Shown: positions 7,820 to 10,724 of the stretch, piece by piece
How positions within the stretch are numbered: the stretch's first letter is position 1
Layout of the letters: the number at the start of each line of letters is the position of its first letter
Origin: an uncultured Chitinophagales bacterium
GTDB lineage: Bacteria; Bacteroidota; Bacteroidia; Chitinophagales; UBA2359
Assembly: GCA_937927195.1 (NCBI GenBank)
Contig: CALBCY010000008.1
Span: 1-10,724 of the forward strand
Direction: 5' to 3'
Length of the DNA: 10,724 bases
Notes under the pieces: generated by a model
Told to the model about the DNA's origin: nothing
Database searches by the model: none
What the model saw: only the letters and a program-made list of their open reading frames with translations
Position numbers and translations under genes: made by a program

Positions 7820-9766
7820 ATGAAAAAATTTCAATTACTACTTATAATTATTTTTTGTGGATTAAATACCCTTTCGGCTCAGAAAGCAAAGTATGAAATT
7901 CAGTGGCAAGAAGAGCCGCAAACTCATGCTATTTCAGAAGATTATTCGGAAGAACCAGCTGTTATCGTTAGTGACAATCGATACGTTCAAGTGATCATTG
8001 AACAAGGGATTGATCCAGCGACACTTTACAGCTTGCATAAAATTATTAAAGTAAACAGCGATGCTGGAATAGAAATGTTTAATAAGTTATACATTCCTGT
8101 TTCTTATGGAGAGGAACTTACTGATTTAAAAGTGAGGACCATTTCACCTGAGCAAAAAGTTCAAGATTTTAATAAAGACAATTTAAAAGAATTATCAAAT
8201 GTCAATGGTTATTCAAACTTCAGCATTTTTGCTATTGAAGGAATTGAAATTGGTTCCGAAATTGAATACATGTACACGGTTAAGCAACAGGTAGAAACTG
8301 TTGGTCGTGAAATTTACCAGAGAGACATTCCTGTTTTAAATGCAAAATTTGAATTGTACTACCCGACTCGATTTAACTTTTCTTCCAAATCCTACAATGG
8401 GTTCCCAGAGCAAGAAAGCAAAACGCCTAACAAAATTATTCTAGAAGCAAAAGACATTCCTGGTTTATCTGATGAAGGTTTTTCCTCCTATAAATCAACA
8501 TTGATGCGGGTTGATTATAAAATTGAAAGCAATCCAGAAACAAATAATTTGATTACTTGGAACAGCATTGGAGAGAATGTTTACAATAATTTGAATAGTG
8601 GAACTGGCGCAAAAACAGTTTCCAAGTTTATTAAACAGTTGGCATTAAAAAAGAAAACAGAAAGAGAAAAGATTATTCTAATAGAAAAAACTTTCAAAGA
8701 CGGATTTACTTTTGAGGAATCTTCAGAAGAAAAATACAAAGATGTTGATTTCATTTTAGAGAATAAAATCGGAAGTTCTTTTGGGATGAACAGAGCCTAT
8801 ATAAAATGCTTTAATGAACTCGAACTAGATTACCAAATCGTTCTAAGCAACAATAGGTTTTTAGGGAACCTTGATCCTGATTATGCCAATGGCTTGGACT
8901 TAAGAGACATTATATTCTATTTTCCAAAACACGAAAGCTTCATTGTCCCTGATCAATTTCACATGCGTTTTGGACCTGCTCCGAGTGAAATGGAAGGCAA
9001 TACTGGATTGTACATATACAATGATTATGGAAACGGCGCCAATGAATTTAAAAAAACCAAAATTCAAGAAATTCCAATTCTCAGTGCTGACAATAATAAA
9101 ATGGGCATCAAAGCTGATATGTCTATCAGTGATGAAATGAATGAGGTGAATGTGAAATTGGAAAATTACAGTATGGGGCACAGAGCTTATACCAATCGTT
9201 TCTTTTTCAAAAGAGCCAACGAAGAAATTATAGAAAACTATAAAAGATCTTTTCTTACCTCGGCCATTGAGGATGCAGAATTTGTAAACTATAGTCTCAA
9301 AAACGATGCGGTTGATTTGAATACAGACAAAAACAGCACTTTTAGTATTTTATCTGAATTCAATTCTAAATCGATGATCCAAAAAGCTGGGCGGGATTTA
9401 CTTTTCCCAATCGGTAAAGTGATCGGAAAACAAGTAGAAATGTATGAAGAGAAGAACAGAGTTTCAGATGTTTACTTGGATCAAATAAAACGCTATACAC
9501 ACACTTTAAAGTTGGATGTTCCAAAGGGTTACAAGGTAACGGGATTGGATCAATTGCAAATCAACAATGTGGTAGATAGAGACGGCGAGGTGATCATGCG
9601 GTTCGTGTCAGATTATGAATACAAAGGCAATGAATTAGTTGTTACGATCCACGAAGACTACGATGTTCTTCAACTTGACAAAAGCTATTACAATGAATAC
9701 AGAAGGGTTATCAACTCTGCTGCTGATTTCAACAAGGTTGTTTTGGTTTTGGTACCGGAAGGTTGA
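7820..9766 (+). CDS. Paralogous secreted DUF3857/DUF3858-family protein, 648 aa. Its transglutaminase-like core is degenerate, with Ser replacing the catalytic Cys. It is a probable non-catalytic pseudoenzyme.
   Basis: The signal peptide is MKKFQLLLIIIFCGLNTLSAQ. The block ENKIGSSFGMNRAYIKCFNELELDYQIVLSNN aligns to EKKYGDCKDMANLLTTMLNKANIPCYLTWVGT of the upstream paralog, at the equivalent codon (about 318/319). The Ser codons are agt and tct at 8774-8779. The His and Asp blocks are also not conserved (DLRDIIFYFPKHESFIVPDQ). Length and N/C-terminal regions are similar to the upstream paralog. Confidence 0.85.
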   Translation: MKKFQLLLIIIFCGLNTLSAQKAKYEIQWQEEPQTHAISEDYSEEPAVIVSDNRYVQVIIEQGIDPATLYSLHKIIKVNSDAGIEMFNKLYIPVSYGEELTDLKVRTISPEQKVQDFNKDNLKELSNVNGYSNFSIFAIEGIEIGSEIEYMYTVKQQVETVGREIYQRDIPVLNAKFELYYPTRFNFSSKSYNGFPEQESKTPNKIILEAKDIPGLSDEGFSSYKSTLMRVDYKIESNPETNNLITWNSIGENVYNNLNSGTGAKTVSKFIKQLALKKKTEREKIILIEKTFKDGFTFEESSEEKYKDVDFILENKIGSSFGMNRAYIKCFNELELDYQIVLSNNRFLGNLDPDYANGLDLRDIIFYFPKHESFIVPDQFHMRFGPAPSEMEGNTGLYIYNDYGNGANEFKKTKIQEIPILSADNNKMGIKADMSISDEMNEVNVKLENYSMGHRAYTNRFFFKRANEEIIENYKRSFLTSAIEDAEFVNYSLKNDAVDLNTDKNSTFSILSEFNSKSMIQKAGRDLLFPIGKVIGKQVEMYEEKNRVSDVYLDQIKRYTHTLKLDVPKGYKVTGLDQLQINNVVDRDGEVIMRFVSDYEYKGNELVVTIHEDYDVLQLDKSYYNEYRRVINSAADFNKVVLVLVPEG

Positions 9767-9787
9767 TATATTTTAATTTTCAATGCC

Positions 9788-9979
9788 ATGACGCAAAGTC
9801 GTGAACTAGGTGGATTGTTTAAAGATCAATTGATTCTCATGAAAATACTTGTCACCCAACCGATGATTGAAATTTTCATGGACAATGAGATACCGGATTT
9901 AAATTCAATGAAAAACATTCGAAATGAATTCGACAAGTTAATCAAAGACATAGAAGCTTTTAATAAAACACAGGAGTGA
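9788..9979 (+). CDS. Hypothetical small protein of 63 aa, predicted hydrophilic and helical. Coding status is uncertain.
   Basis: It is an ORF with ordinary amino-acid composition, 21 bp downstream of the preceding gene. There is no recognisable motif. Confidence 0.25.
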   Translation: MTQSRELGGLFKDQLILMKILVTQPMIEIFMDNEIPDLNSMKNIRNEFDKLIKDIEAFNKTQE

Positions 9980-10158
9980 AATTTCCTAAGAATATAAACT
10001 TGGGAGCTTTATACATTCTGTTCCTCATTCTTATATTCCATTCTTGCGACCCAAACAAACCAAAAGCTTGTTCGCTTGATCCATTTGGTATCGGGGATAT
10101 GAGTTTGGGCTTTGGCTCCCAATCGGTAATTTTTACCATTTATAGGCATTCAAAATGA
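9976..10158 (+). CDS. Hypothetical small protein of 60 aa with a GTG start and an N-terminal hydrophobic, signal-like segment. Coding status is uncertain.
   Basis: The GTG at 9976-9978 overlaps the upstream TGA stop by 4 bp (GTGA). The N-terminus LGALYILFLILIFHSC is hydrophobic and ends in Cys, so it may be a lipoprotein or signal peptide. A start at the AUG-based ORF-track position is not supported by a canonical ATG. Confidence 0.2.
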   Translation: MKFPKNINLGALYILFLILIFHSCDPNKPKACSLDPFGIGDMSLGFGSQSVIFTIYRHSK

Positions 10159-10205
10159 TGTTTCATGTTACGCTTATGGGGTATCAACTTTTTTGATGTA
10201 ATTGC

Positions 10206-10366
10206 AAACGCTGACAGCGTCTCCAAGCGCAAAACAAAAAATTATACCTAATCCATTGATTATCTAAGAATTACACACCGTCTTCGCTTGCGAAATGTTA
10301 TTTTTTTTAACACTTTTTAACAAAACTTTTAAGCTAAAAATGCAGACTCTAAGAACCTATCTAAAG
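10206..10366 (+). repeat. Copy 1 of a roughly 210-bp noncoding module. It begins with AAACGCTGACAGCGT (perfect palindrome at 10208-10220). It ends with the conserved block TTTTTAACAAAACTTTTAAGCTAAAAATGCAGACTCTAAGAACC (10314-10357).
   Basis: Read directly. Both end blocks recur about 210-220 bp downstream in the same order and orientation, with a divergent middle. Confidence 0.7.
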
Positions 10367-10415
10367 AATGGGTTAATTTGGGCCAAAATTGTCTATACTA
10401 GTGAGGTGTAAATGA

Positions 10416-10578
10416 AAACGCTGACAGCGTTGGTTGTAACATTGGCTATTTTGCACGCATAAACAAACTATTCCATTCATTAACAACTAAATACAAACAA
10501 GATATTTTCATTATGTCAAATTTCAATTTAACTATTTTTAACAAAACTGTTTAGATAAAAATGCGGCCCCTAAACACC
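10416..10578 (+). repeat. Copy 2 of the same module. It begins with AAACGCTGACAGCGT (palindrome at 10418-10430). It ends with TTTTTAACAAAACTGTTTAGATAAAAATGCGGCCCCTAAACACC (10536-10578).
   Basis: Read directly. The head is 15/15 identical to copy 1, and the tail block is about 80% identical. Confidence 0.7.
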
Positions 10579-10724
10579 CCTCTAACTTTGACTTAAAAAA
10601 TAACTGGTTTTGGAAGCTTATTTAAAGGTCTGGCTATTCGAAGGCTTTTGAATACTTGTTTTAAGATACTTATTACTTATTAAAATTTGTTCTTTACCTT
10701 TGGGACATTAAATAACCTAGCCCT

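Noticed and set aside
8900-9181. ORFs 8900-9181 (-) and 8943-9140 (+) inside the second DUF3857-family gene.
   Set aside because: They are nested in, or out of frame with, the 648-aa ORF. There is no independent support.
10208-10430. Invertible-promoter (phase-variation) interpretation of the segment between the two ACGCTGACAGCGT palindromes.
   Set aside because: Because the sequence is a perfect palindrome, the two copies could in principle act as inverted repeats about 197 bp apart. However, the conserved tail blocks (10314-10357 and 10536-10578) lie in direct orientation, one inside and one outside that interval. This fits a tandem direct duplication better than an invertible switch. No recombinase gene is visible in the window.
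10159-10724. tRNA or rRNA gene in the ORF-free tail.
   Set aside because: No T-loop-like GTTCGAATC motif and no acceptor-stem pairing were found by eye, and there is no rRNA-like conserved block.

Overview
This is an AT-rich (about 33% GC) chromosomal segment that looks Bacteroidota/Flavobacteriia-like. The secreted proteins have 'MKK...LSAQ'-type signal peptides and belong to the DUF3857/transglutaminase-like family. In order, the window contains the following.

1. A compositionally anomalous GC-rich, purine-skewed compound tandem repeat at 1-432, truncated by the window edge.
2. A two-gene flotillin operon: a YqiJ/NfeD-like DUF1449 membrane protein (718-1404) followed by an unusually long SPFH/flotillin protein (1437-3638). 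A candidate intrinsic terminator follows at about 3744-3778.
3. A minus-strand, roughly 10-TM membrane protein with a C-terminal soluble domain (3970-5502).
4. A tandem pair of paralogous secreted DUF3857/transglutaminase-like proteins, transcribed divergently from the membrane protein. The first (5769-7640) keeps an intact Cys-His-Asp triad. The second (7820-9766) has Ser in place of the catalytic Cys and is a probable pseudoenzyme.
5. Two low-confidence overlapping small ORFs (9788-10158).
6. A 565-bp ORF-free tail (10159-10724) containing two tandem copies of a roughly 210-bp module. Each module begins with a perfect 13-bp palindrome, ACGCTGACAGCGT.

No rRNA, tRNA, CRISPR array, transposase or integrase was recognised. 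The most interesting items are the catalytic/pseudo-catalytic transglutaminase-like pair, the GC-rich repeat and the duplicated palindrome-headed tail modules. All functional calls rest on reading motifs by eye, without database searches.
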